Shown here: positions 1-8,353 of the stretch, piece by piece
Layout of the letters: every line of letters starts with the position of its first letter
Numbering within the stretch: position 1 is the first letter of the stretch
Made by a program: the position numbers and the translations under genes
Source of the DNA: a virus
Taxonomy: Duplodnaviria; Caudoviricetes
DNA: 29,155 nucleotides
IMG/VR virus record: IMGVR_UViG_3300032250_000248
Span: 1 to 29,155 of that record
Strand: one strand, 5' to 3'
Notes under the pieces: model-generated
What the model was told of the DNA's origin: nothing
The model's database searches: none
The model's input: the letters and a program-made list of their open reading frames with translations, nothing else

Positions 1-1
1 A

Positions 2-1111
2 GGACCACAGGCTATCTACATCTCAGGCTATGATCCTAATGGAACATCATCATCTGTCTTTAAGATCATCCTTGATCCAACAACTCCTAACTCTTTAGGC
101 TTTCCAACGTTAGAAACACCTACCGTTATTATTGATCTACCTACTGGTGAACGCATCAATGACTTTGATGTTTACCTTGGTACATATGCCATCCTTGCTA
201 CAAGTGCTGGCTTTAGAGTCGGAGTCTCTGATGCAACTGGAGACATCCAGTATGGACCACTTCTCTTTAGAGATGCCCCTTGTACCGCTATTGCTTTCAA
301 GGATAGTTATGCCTACATTGCAACCCTTGTAGACGGTGAAGCAGGGCTAGTACGCACTGACCTATCTACAACTGTGATCTCTAACGCTCTGTACTTTCCT
401 TGGGCTTGGGACCTTGTTGCATCTGGTGCTAGTGCGACTGCATCTCAGGTTGCCTTCTTTGGTAACTCAGACCGAGCAGCCTTTGCTACAGGCAATAACA
501 TCTGGGCTGAATCTACAACTAGCCTAGTAGCAAGTGGCTACCTGCGTACTGGTTACATCCGCTACAACACACTTGAAACTAAGATCTATAAACTGCTACA
601 AGCTCGTATTGATACAAGCAATGGTGGTCTTGCTATCGAGTCTATTGACTCACGAGATAACTCATACAACATCGGTACATTCTCACAAGGAACAACAGTT
701 CCTGAGATCAACGTGAACTACCCAACTACTTCACAAGAGTATCTAGGATTTAAGTTTACTATGTCTCGGTCAACTACTGATGTATCTAAGGGGCCACTCT
801 TTACTGGCTACCAGTTGAAGTCATTGCCAGCAGTTCCCCGTCAGCGCCTGATCCAATATCCAGTCTTCTGTTATGACCACGAGAGAGATAAGTTCAGCAA
901 CGAAGTGGGCTATGAAGGATCTGCCTATGAGCGTATGTCTCAACTAGAAGCTATTGAAAACGTTGGTGACACTATCCGAGTCCAGGACTTTAGAACTGGT
1001 GAGGAATACCTAGGCATCATCGAAGAGATGGATTTCATTAACAGAACTCCAGAGGATAAAAGGTTCTCTGGCTTTGGCGGCACACTACTAGTTACGATAC
1101 GGACAATCTAA
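2..1111 (+). CDS. Partial (5'-truncated) virion tail protein, probably tail nozzle/tubular-type
   Basis: The frame of ORF 374..1111 stays open back to base 2 (GPQAIYISGYDPNG...). Beta-strand-rich sequence, directly upstream of the lysis genes. Function inferred from position and composition. Confidence 0.6.
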   Translation, partial: GPQAIYISGYDPNGTSSSVFKIILDPTTPNSLGFPTLETPTVIIDLPTGERINDFDVYLGTYAILATSAGFRVGVSDATGDIQYGPLLFRDAPCTAIAFKDSYAYIATLVDGEAGLVRTDLSTTVISNALYFPWAWDLVASGASATASQVAFFGNSDRAAFATGNNIWAESTTSLVASGYLRTGYIRYNTLETKIYKLLQARIDTSNGGLAIESIDSRDNSYNIGTFSQGTTVPEINVNYPTTSQEYLGFKFTMSRSTTDVSKGPLFTGYQLKSLPAVPRQRLIQYPVFCYDHERDKFSNEVGYEGSAYERMSQLEAIENVGDTIRVQDFRTGEEYLGIIEEMDFINRTPEDKRFSGFGGTLLVTIRTI

Positions 1112-1314
1112 TGCAAGCACAAGACTATGCAACCATAGCGGTTGCTGTAATGACAATCTTAGGTGGCTTCATTGGCGCCGTTAAATGGTTGGTCAAGCAC
1201 TACCTCAATGAACTTAAACCCAACTCTGGATCAAGTATGAGGGACGAATTGACTGGGCTTAAACACGAAGTAGCCATCATCAAAGACTTAGTAGTCGAAC
1301 TAGTGAGGAAGTAA
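1111..1314 (+). CDS. Small membrane protein of the lysis cassette (holin-like or accessory)
   Basis: N-terminal transmembrane segment (IAVAVMTILGGFIGAVKWLV), NSGSSMRD motif and a coiled-coil tail. TAATG coupling to the upstream gene. Confidence 0.6.
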   Translation: MQAQDYATIAVAVMTILGGFIGAVKWLVKHYLNELKPNSGSSMRDELTGLKHEVAIIKDLVVELVRK

Positions 1315-1767
1315 ATGATTCCATTAGCAAAGAAGGCGACCCCTGCTGCTATCGCAGTGCTACGTCAGGCAACAGCTCTATGGCCAAAGCGCAACAAGGC
1401 ATCAGATGGATTGCTACCTAGCGCAGCACACGTACATCAGAACCCTAACTCAGATCACAACTCAGGCTTTGCAGTAGATCTGACTGATGATCCAGGACAC
1501 GCAGTTGGTTGCTCGGTGATCTACCTAGAGCTACAGAAAGATCCACGAGTTAAGTACCTGATATTCAAGGGAAAGATCTGGTCTGCAGAAAAGGGTGAAC
1601 GCAAGTACACAGGTTCCAACCCACACAACAAGCACCTACATATTTCCATCAAGGAAGAGTGCGGTAACGACACTTCGCCTTGGTTCCCTTGGCTGCCCCA
1701 GCCAAAGGCCATCAATAAAGTGAAGGCAGCAGTTAAGCCTCTACCTAAGAAGAAGGAGAACAAATGA
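1315..1767 (+). CDS. Endolysin, Zn-dependent M15-like (LAS-fold) peptidase
   Basis: SDHNSGFAVD (SxHxxGxAxD) and HLHIS (HxH) motifs, basic C-terminal tail, located between two membrane genes. Confidence 0.75.
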   Translation: MIPLAKKATPAAIAVLRQATALWPKRNKASDGLLPSAAHVHQNPNSDHNSGFAVDLTDDPGHAVGCSVIYLELQKDPRVKYLIFKGKIWSAEKGERKYTGSNPHNKHLHISIKEECGNDTSPWFPWLPQPKAINKVKAAVKPLPKKKENK

Positions 1768-1958
1768 AAATCAATGCAAAGATGAAATCAATGCTCGCAA
1801 CATATCTCCGTGCAGGAGTAGCGTCAGTAATTGCGCTATACCTTGCAGGAGTTACAGATCCAAAGGCACTAGCATCAGCAGGAATCGCTGCTATTGCAGG
1901 TCCACTGCTCAAGGCACTAGATCCAAAGAATACAGAGTTTGGACGCGGAGCCAAGTAA
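1764..1958 (+). CDS. Holin
   Basis: 64 aa with two hydrophobic helices and a charged C-terminus. ATGA overlap with the endolysin gene. Confidence 0.7.
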   Translation: MKINAKMKSMLATYLRAGVASVIALYLAGVTDPKALASAGIAAIAGPLLKALDPKNTEFGRGAK

Positions 1959-1975
1959 GAAGTAACTGCGAGGCT

Positions 1976-2016
1976 AAGAGGCTCTCATCCCTTCGGGGAT
2001 GGGGGCCTCTTTTTTT
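1976..2016 (+). terminator. Intrinsic terminator ending the late/lysis transcript
   Basis: AAGAGGCTCTCATCCC-TTCG-GGGATGGGGGCCTCTT hairpin with a cUUCGg loop, followed by a T run, between convergent genes. Confidence 0.9.
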
Positions 2017-2251
2017 ATGCCACTTTATCGGCAGGGCAGGGAACTGTGACCAGATTTCCACAGCTGGCACAGGTTCCATCAAGGAACCACCAGACTATCT
2101 CGTAGTCTTCAAAGGCTGCCATAATGTTGAACATAGTGCAGCCACAGGTACAGGCGTGGACAGGTCCTAATGCCCTCAGATCGGCTCCAAATGGCTTAGG
2201 AATGCTACCCCAGAGCTTGGGTAAGGACAGTCTGGGTAGGCGGATTCGCAT
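2015..2251 (-). CDS. Small Cys-rich zinc-ribbon protein
   Basis: HACTCGC...CASCG motifs. TATCAT -10 box lies 5 nt upstream of the ATG (leaderless). Confidence 0.7.
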   Translation of the reverse strand: MRIRLPRLSLPKLWGSIPKPFGADLRALGPVHACTCGCTMFNIMAAFEDYEIVWWFLDGTCASCGNLVTVPCPADKVA

Positions 2252-2317
2252 ACATTATGATAACTCTGAGTAGGTGTCGCGTGACATACGACACGCCGTT
2301 GCTGGTAGCCTTAGTCT
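2252..2317. promoter_or_regulatory. Divergent leaderless promoters with inverted GACAC boxes
   Basis: GTGTCG (2274-2279)-N9-CGACAC (2289-2294). Each GACAC is 11 nt upstream of a TANNNT box (TAGCCT 2306-2311 on +, TATCAT 2262-2257 on -), which sits 5-6 nt before an ATG with no Shine-Dalgarno sequence. Confidence 0.7.
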
Positions 2318-2875
2318 ATGACAACAATCGTAGGCGTAGAGGGTATTGACTTCGCAGTACTCGTAGCTGACTCTCAGATTACAGAAGATAATCTAGTTAC
2401 CCTTGCTACCTCTACCCCAAAGATTATTGAGGTAGGCAAGTATCTCATTGGTATCTCAGGGGACACCAGACCAGGAGATATTCTTGCCTACAACTGGAAG
2501 CCACCGCTCTATCGTGGTGAAGATCCTGTTCAGTTTATGGGCAAGAAGATTATTCCAAGTATCAACCAAGCATTTACCGACAACAACTATGACTACAACA
2601 AGGTGGATAAAGATGGTGGCTTCGATTATCTCATTGCTTTTAACGGCAATATCTTTCGTATTGCTTGTGATCTCTCTTTTTTCCAAGCAAATCACGGAGC
2701 GTATGGCATTGGTAGTGGGGGTCAGCTTGCTCTTGGCTACCTTTATTCAGCTATCAAACCTAATGTTGACCTAGCCTACGCAAAGAGACACGCCCGTAGA
2801 GCAGTTGAAATCGCTTCGGTTCTTGACGCTAACACTGGTGAGCCTTTACAGTTGGTGGTACAGGAAAGGATGTAG
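2318..2875 (+). CDS. HslV/proteasome beta-subunit-like Ntn threonine peptidase
   Basis: M-TTIVG N-terminus, ADSQ, PKI (catalytic Lys position), ISGD, GIGSGG and C-terminal D-x-x-TG. Confidence 0.85.
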   Translation: MTTIVGVEGIDFAVLVADSQITEDNLVTLATSTPKIIEVGKYLIGISGDTRPGDILAYNWKPPLYRGEDPVQFMGKKIIPSINQAFTDNNYDYNKVDKDGGFDYLIAFNGNIFRIACDLSFFQANHGAYGIGSGGQLALGYLYSAIKPNVDLAYAKRHARRAVEIASVLDANTGEPLQLVVQERM

Positions 2876-2880
2876 CAATA

Positions 2881-3822
2881 ATGACAGATCCAAAAGAACT
2901 ATTACTGAATGCGCTACGTGCAGGGGACGCAAAGCGTTCACGTTCTACACAGGTACAGATTGGACCATCAGAGTTAGGTGGCTGTCGTCGTAAGGTCTGG
3001 TACAGACTCAACGATCAGCCAGAGACTAACGACAATGAGATGAAGCTTGCCGCAATTATGGGTACTGCTATTCACGCTGCAATCGAAGATGCACTATCAG
3101 ATAACAAAGATGTTCTCATTGAAACAGAAGTTGAATACAATGGGATGAAGGCACACATTGACTGCTACGTACCAGGGACAGGTGATGTGATTGACTGGAA
3201 GACAAGCAAGGTAAAGAACCTTTCCTACTTCCCATCAACACAACAGCGTTGGCAGGTGCAGACCTATGGCTATCTACTGGCAAAGAATGGTCACGATGTA
3301 AAGCGTGTATCACTGGTTGCTATTGCTCGTGATGGTGATGAGCGAGATGTCAAGGTACACACAGAAGACTACAACGAAGCAATGGCACTAGAAGCCTTGG
3401 CTTGGCTAGAAGCTATCAAGGCATCTACTCAGGCACCAGAGCCAGAGCGTGAAGAAAACTACTGCAAGTTCTACTGCAAGTTCTATGACGCAAGTGGGCA
3501 GTTAGGATGCGTTGGTCTAAAAAAAGAACGTATCGCTAGTGAAGAGGTGTTAATCCAAGACAAGGATGCCTCGACCAATGCGATGAAATACCTGCAATTA
3601 GATGAGCAAATTAAAAGTTTGACAAAAGAAAAGGATTCACTAAAGTCTTCCCTTGAAGGTATCGCTGGAGTTACTGATACTGGAATACAAGTACGGTGGA
3701 ACAGCGTAGCTGGGCCAACGTCAGTGGACAAAGATGAAGTACTTGCTAAACTAGGTTATGTACCTACCAAGCAAGGTGCAGATTCATTACGGTTAACAAT
3801 CAAACAAACTGGAGGAAAGTAA
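2881..3822 (+). CDS. Cas4/RecB-like PD-(D/E)XK exonuclease
   Basis: GPSELGGCRR, GTAIH, HID, IDWKT and QVQTY motifs, a C-terminal Cys cluster (YCKFYC...GC) and a coiled-coil tail. Confidence 0.85.
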   Translation: MTDPKELLLNALRAGDAKRSRSTQVQIGPSELGGCRRKVWYRLNDQPETNDNEMKLAAIMGTAIHAAIEDALSDNKDVLIETEVEYNGMKAHIDCYVPGTGDVIDWKTSKVKNLSYFPSTQQRWQVQTYGYLLAKNGHDVKRVSLVAIARDGDERDVKVHTEDYNEAMALEALAWLEAIKASTQAPEPEREENYCKFYCKFYDASGQLGCVGLKKERIASEEVLIQDKDASTNAMKYLQLDEQIKSLTKEKDSLKSSLEGIAGVTDTGIQVRWNSVAGPTSVDKDEVLAKLGYVPTKQGADSLRLTIKQTGGK

Positions 3823-4209
3823 ATGGCTGCAAACGAAAACACAAAGTTCCAAGTTAACTTCAAGACTAACAGTGGAACGCTTATCAATCTTTATGCAACT
3901 GATATCAAGGACTTAGAGACAGGTCTTACTGACCTATCAATGGTTGCTTCTCTTATTAAGACTACTGATGCTGAACTCAACGGTGGCAAAGCACCAGCTC
4001 CTACTATTGAATCAATAGCACAGGCATTTAACGCAACACCTGTTGCCACACCTGCTGCTGCACCTGCTGTTGTCGAAGGTCAAGCACCAAGCTGTAAGCA
4101 CGGTGTAATGAGCTTCCGTACAGGTACTTCTGCTCGTGGCCCTTGGAAGGGCTGGATGTGTGCTGCACCAAAGGGTGCCACAGATAAGTGCGCAACTATC
4201 TGGGCTTAA
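3823..4209 (+). CDS. Hypothetical protein with C-terminal Zn-finger-like domain
   Basis: GGAGG SD. Ala/Pro linker followed by CKHG...WMC...KC. Confidence 0.7.
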   Translation: MAANENTKFQVNFKTNSGTLINLYATDIKDLETGLTDLSMVASLIKTTDAELNGGKAPAPTIESIAQAFNATPVATPAAAPAVVEGQAPSCKHGVMSFRTGTSARGPWKGWMCAAPKGATDKCATIWA

Positions 4210-4212
4210 CAA

Positions 4213-4482
4213 ATGCGGGAACCACATCAGTTTGAGTTCCCTTTATGTGCTGAGGTAGGCGGAGATCTATTCTTTCCTGACAGGGAGAATGAAGGTAAGC
4301 TTGTACGCCTTGGCATCAAGTCAGCAAAATCAATCTGTCATTCTTGTCAACACATTGTTGAATGTGCTGAGTGGGGTATCCGTAAGGAGACTCACGGTAT
4401 CTGGGGCGGACTCACTGATAGTGATCGCAGGAAGATACGCAAAGAACGACGAATAACATTGGAAGAGGAGCAGAGTGCTTAA
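4213..4482 (+). CDS. whiB: WhiB-family Fe-S transcription factor
   Basis: C-x7-FFP...AKSICHSC-x5-C...GIWGG plus a basic tail. Confidence 0.95.
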   Translation: MREPHQFEFPLCAEVGGDLFFPDRENEGKLVRLGIKSAKSICHSCQHIVECAEWGIRKETHGIWGGLTDSDRRKIRKERRITLEEEQSA

Positions 4483-5320
4483 CCTATCCCGTGCTTGGGG
4501 TGGTGTGACTACCAAAGCCACACCGCTACCTGACGTGTGGAAAAATTTAGTTAAGCAATCTATCAAGTTCCGTCGTGGCCAAGTCTGTATGGTTGCTGCA
4601 GCACCTAATGCTGGTAAGTCAATGTTCGCATTGATCTACGCAATCAAAGCACAGGTTCCAACGTTATTCTTTTCTGCTGATACAGACACAGCAACAGTAA
4701 TGATTCGTACTGCTGCTCATCTTTCAGGTCACACACAGGTGACCGTTGAAAGCAACATTAATAGGGACCAACGTTACTACGATCCTTATTTGGCTGAAGC
4801 TTCTCACATCCAATGGGTCTTTGATTCCAGTCCGTCTCTCGATGATATCGAGATGGAAATTAAAGCCTATGTCGAACTTTATGGTGTAATGCCAGAGCTA
4901 ATTGTCATAGATAACCTAATGAATGTGGCAGCCGAAACAGATAATGAGTGGGCTGGGCTTCGTGCAATTATGATGGAGTTGCACGATATGGCACGTAAGA
5001 CTGAAGCTTGTGTGCTTGTACTCCATCACGTAAGCGAGCAAAGCGAGTATGGTTCTCCAATGATGCCACCACCTAGACGTGCGATCCACGGAAAGGTGAG
5101 TCAACTGCCGAGCTTAATGCTTACGCTTGGGTATGATCCAACACAGGGTCTACTCAGGGTAGCATCAGTCAAGAACCGCTTTGGTCCACACTTTGCAGAT
5201 GCCTCACAATGGGCATCGCTGTTTGTGAACTTTGGTTCTTGCCAGATAAATGATGAGGATGCGCAGTTTAGACCTTATCTTCGCGCCAGCGAACAGGAAA
5301 GTATGTATGGTGCTATGTAA
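4475..5320 (+). CDS. DnaB-like (SF4) helicase, ATPase domain only
   Basis: Walker A AAPNAGKS, Walker B LIVIDNL, VLHH and KNRFG arginine finger. Confidence 0.88.
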   Translation: MLNLSRAWGGVTTKATPLPDVWKNLVKQSIKFRRGQVCMVAAAPNAGKSMFALIYAIKAQVPTLFFSADTDTATVMIRTAAHLSGHTQVTVESNINRDQRYYDPYLAEASHIQWVFDSSPSLDDIEMEIKAYVELYGVMPELIVIDNLMNVAAETDNEWAGLRAIMMELHDMARKTEACVLVLHHVSEQSEYGSPMMPPPRRAIHGKVSQLPSLMLTLGYDPTQGLLRVASVKNRFGPHFADASQWASLFVNFGSCQINDEDAQFRPYLRASEQESMYGAM

Positions 5321-5825
5321 CTACGCTTTAACAATACAAGAGGAGGCTCTTTGTGTCGAGGTTGGATATCAAAGACAGAAGCCATACTTTGGTGACCCAA
5401 CGAAGAATGTCAATTACTCAGAGGGTGACCTATGGGAAATGTGGCAGCACGTTGTGTGTGCAGGATCGGAACTTGCATTCGCACGTATGGTCGGTAAGTA
5501 TGACTTCACTCCACACTACAATAAATGGAAGTCAGAGCTTGACATTCCAGGATTTGGAGAGATCCGTTACTCGTTTCCACCAGTAAGGGGAATGCGTTAC
5601 TCGTCCAGAGATAATGATAACCTTGTATATGTGTTGATGTCTGATGGTCTATGCCATAAGATACGAAGGGTTGGACCTGATTGGAAAGGCCCTGAGTATA
5701 AAGCTATAGGTTGGAAGCTTGGCTCTGAATGCAAGCGTGATGAGTGGAGATACAATGATAGAACTTGGTATGTACCAGTTGCACACCTTAACTCTATGGA
5801 AAGTTTGATACTCAATGGCGAATAA
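5307..5825 (+). CDS. Hypothetical protein, possibly a divergent PD-(D/E)XK nuclease fold
   Basis: Long ORF coupled to both neighbours. Start moved to in-frame ATG 5307. GSELAFA...DI-x-G-x-GEIR pattern. Confidence 0.55.
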   Translation: MVLCNYALTIQEEALCVEVGYQRQKPYFGDPTKNVNYSEGDLWEMWQHVVCAGSELAFARMVGKYDFTPHYNKWKSELDIPGFGEIRYSFPPVRGMRYSSRDNDNLVYVLMSDGLCHKIRRVGPDWKGPEYKAIGWKLGSECKRDEWRYNDRTWYVPVAHLNSMESLILNGE

Positions 5826-6183
5826 GAACGGACGCAAAGGTTCTCAGTTTGAGACAGACGTGATGAAATGGTTACGCGGTAAAGGCGTAATGGCAGAACG
5901 TTTGACTAAAGCTGGGGCAAAGGATGAGGGAGATATGGTTGTTATCGTATCTGGAGAAACCTATATCCTTGAACTCAAGAACAGGCAGACACTTTCCTTG
6001 CCTGAGTTCTGGAGAGAAGCTCAAGTTGAGGCGCTTAACTACGCTAAGGCTCGTGGTATTGGGGAAGTGCCACTGTCTTATGTTGTAGTTAAGCGTCGCA
6101 ACGCTTCAATAGATCAAGCCTGGGTCATTCAGGACCTAGCACAATGGTTAAAGGAGAAGAACAATGGCAGTACCACAGGGTAA
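5815..6183 (+). CDS. Holliday junction resolvase (Hjc-type)
   Basis: KGSQFE, DEGD and ILELKN motifs. Confidence 0.85.
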   Translation: MANKNGRKGSQFETDVMKWLRGKGVMAERLTKAGAKDEGDMVVIVSGETYILELKNRQTLSLPEFWREAQVEALNYAKARGIGEVPLSYVVVKRRNASIDQAWVIQDLAQWLKEKNNGSTTG

Positions 6184-6301
6184 TATCACAACATCAGAGA
6201 TACTTGTACCAGAAGTTGTACCAGTTGATGAAGCAATCGCAGAAGCTGATGCTGAAGAAGCAACAGAAGAATACCAACCAGATGAAGTAGTAGAACAATG
6301 A
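6164..6301 (+). CDS. 45-aa very acidic protein (not in the ORF track)
   Basis: AAGGAG SD. Translates as MAVPQGNITTSEILVPEVVPVDEAIAEADAEEATEEYQPDEVVEQ; ATGA coupling to the next ORF. Confidence 0.7.
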   Translation: MAVPQGNITTSEILVPEVVPVDEAIAEADAEEATEEYQPDEVVEQ

Positions 6302-6477
6302 TCTGCCAGAACTGTCTTAAAGGCGGAGAAGAGAACACGCTTGCTCACTACAAACGTTCAGCTCATTGGCACGACAAGTGTGATTTTAAGGGGTGCGTAT
6401 GCCAGCACAAGACTGGTCCAGGGTACATAAAGCGAGCAAACGAAAGAACTCCGTTGATGCAACTTCAATCCCCATAG
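6298..6477 (+). CDS. 59-aa Cys/His-rich protein (not in the ORF track)
   Basis: MICQNCLKGG...HWHDKCDFKGCVCQHK...; ATGA-coupled to the upstream ORF. Confidence 0.65.
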   Translation: MICQNCLKGGEENTLAHYKRSAHWHDKCDFKGCVCQHKTGPGYIKRANERTPLMQLQSP

Positions 6478-6776
6478 GAACTATTGTTTCCTATTACGGT
6501 GGAGAAGTAAGAGAAGGTAAGTCAGCAGCGGTTCGTTGCTGTATACATACAGACAGCAGACGTAGTGCTGTAATGAATACGTATGACAACCTATACTTCT
6601 GCCACACCTGCGGTAAGGGTGGCAGCTCAGTAGATGTTGTTATGCACATAGAGAACTTGGAGTTTAAGGATGCCCTCAATCGTGCAATCGAAATCGTTGA
6701 CGGAAGCGGCCAAACATTACAGCCAAAACATAAGCGCAGAGGCTCTAAGTTATCTCGAAGAACGTGGGATATCTGA
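6399..6776 (+). CDS. DNA primase, CHC2 zinc-binding part
   Basis: CCIHTD...S...YFCHTCGKGG...F-x-DA pattern. AAGGGG SD before ATG 6399. Confidence 0.85.
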   Translation: MPAQDWSRVHKASKRKNSVDATSIPIGTIVSYYGGEVREGKSAAVRCCIHTDSRRSAVMNTYDNLYFCHTCGKGGSSVDVVMHIENLEFKDALNRAIEIVDGSGQTLQPKHKRRGSKLSRRTWDI

Positions 6777-7320
6777 TGCTGTTGCCCAACAGTTTTCGTT
6801 GGGTACAGTAACAGATCCTATCAATGGCCACGAGATGCACCAAGGTTGGTTGTCTATCCCGTATATGACAGTTAATGATATCTGCGTGGGCTATAAGTTT
6901 CGTAGACTAGATGATGGCAAGCCTAAGTATGGATCTCCAGCAGGGCAGAAGGCACACCTATATAACGTCAGCGATATAACTATTGACTCATCATTCATTG
7001 CAGTATGTGAAGGTGAGTTAGATAGCGTGATCTTGTCTGGTCTAGTAGGTATCCCAGCAGTAGGCGTTCCTGGGGTACAGGCTTGGAAGCCACACTTTGT
7101 TAAGCTCTTTACTGGTTACGACACAGTATTTGTTATAGGTGACAATGACATCAAGGAAGATGGCACCAACCCAGGAGCAGAGTTTGCCAAGCGTGTCGCG
7201 CAAGAGATTACTAACAGCAGAATAGTAACATTACCCCCATCAATGGACATCAATGACTTCTATCTAACCAAAGGTTTAGATGCAACGAAGGCTTTGCTAC
7301 TAGGTGAGAAGGATGAGTAG
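6670..7320 (+). CDS. DNA primase, catalytic TOPRIM part
   Basis: YLEERGI, PKY, VCEGELD, GVPG, GDND and DIND motifs. Confidence 0.9.
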   Translation: MPSIVQSKSLTEAAKHYSQNISAEALSYLEERGISDAVAQQFSLGTVTDPINGHEMHQGWLSIPYMTVNDICVGYKFRRLDDGKPKYGSPAGQKAHLYNVSDITIDSSFIAVCEGELDSVILSGLVGIPAVGVPGVQAWKPHFVKLFTGYDTVFVIGDNDIKEDGTNPGAEFAKRVAQEITNSRIVTLPPSMDINDFYLTKGLDATKALLLGEKDE

Positions 7321-7429
7321 AGACGAATGGTTACAGATGGTACAGATTTTACAGCATATGGGCTTCCAGATCCTAGAGATCAATATGGAGACAGAGACAG
7401 TTCTACTGCGCCCTACACCGACAAGGTAG
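7313..7429 (+). CDS. 38-aa ORF overlapping the next gene in another frame
   Basis: MSRDEWLQMVQILQHMGFQILEINMETETVLLRPTPTR. Start overlaps the primase stop, with a purine-rich SD upstream. Confidence 0.45.
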   Translation: MSRDEWLQMVQILQHMGFQILEINMETETVLLRPTPTR

Positions 7430-7728
7430 ATCCTGAATTTGTTACAGATGTTTGGCGCATTATGGATACAGCAGGTAACTTACTCATTCGTAAACATCAC
7501 GACTACGGCCCAAAGAACATTGCTCACTCACCAGGTGGACCACTTAATGGTCTGCGTGTACGTATGTGGGACAAGATAGCTCGTATCAATAACCTCATTG
7601 ACTCAGAGGTGCAGCCTTCTAACGAATCACTGCGCGATAGTTTCCTTGACCTACTGAACTACAGTGCTATTGCAATGATGGTGCTTGATGGCGTATGGCC
7701 AGAGGTAGAAGATACCGAACGTGGGTGA
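7327..7728 (+). CDS. DUF1599-like (nucleotide-modification-associated, MazG-like all-alpha) protein
   Basis: KHHDYG...RMWDKIARINNL...NESLRDSFLDLLNYS. Confidence 0.75.
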   Translation: MVTDGTDFTAYGLPDPRDQYGDRDSSTAPYTDKVDPEFVTDVWRIMDTAGNLLIRKHHDYGPKNIAHSPGGPLNGLRVRMWDKIARINNLIDSEVQPSNESLRDSFLDLLNYSAIAMMVLDGVWPEVEDTERG

Positions 7729-8353
7729 ACTGCACAAATCTATCTATGACATAGCACCTAGCGTTGCTAGTGCTGTAGCTCGTAGGTTTCGTGGGTATGT
7801 AGAGCGAGATGATGTACTACAAGAGTGCCTTGCTTGGGCGCTTACTCGTGGTAATCAGTTCGACGATATGCTCAACGAACCTAACGCAGTTCAGCGTGTC
7901 ATTAACGAGAAGCGTATTGCGTGGCAGATGAAGCGTACTGCTGAACGTTACTCTCGTAAAGAGAAGGCAGCTAAGTCTGGCTATCGCACAGGTGATGAAG
8001 CCTTCTACGATACAGCAGTGATCGCACAGGTATTGCCTCACGTTATCGCATCCATTGTAGATGAAACGGTGCTAGAGCAGGCTCAGAGCCTCATCAACGA
8101 TGGCTCACCTAAGAAGCCTAGCGTTCCAGCAGAAGGTGGCAACCTGCTTGCTACCTTGATTGACGTGAAGCGTTCATACTTAAAGCTTGAAGTAGAAGAT
8201 CAGACCATACTTCGTATGCGCTACCACGAAGGACTTACCTTGCAACAGGTGGCACACCTACTAGAGTGTGCAGTATCTACTGCAGATCGTAGATGTACCA
8301 GCGCACTACGCAAGATACAAAATGGCTTGGGCGGTGACAACCCGTGGCAATGA
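7721..8353 (+). CDS. Phage sigma70/ECF-like sigma factor
   Basis: Region-2-like ERDDVLQE and region-4 HTH (ILRMRYHEGLTLQQVAHLLECAVSTADRRCTSALRKI). Confidence 0.85.
   Translation: MGELHKSIYDIAPSVASAVARRFRGYVERDDVLQECLAWALTRGNQFDDMLNEPNAVQRVINEKRIAWQMKRTAERYSRKEKAAKSGYRTGDEAFYDTAVIAQVLPHVIASIVDETVLEQAQSLINDGSPKKPSVPAEGGNLLATLIDVKRSYLKLEVEDQTILRMRYHEGLTLQQVAHLLECAVSTADRRCTSALRKIQNGLGGDNPWQ

Noticed and set aside
2881-3822. Cas4-like gene as evidence of a CRISPR system
   Set aside because: No repeat-spacer array or other cas genes are visible, and solo Cas4-like nucleases are common in phage replication modules.
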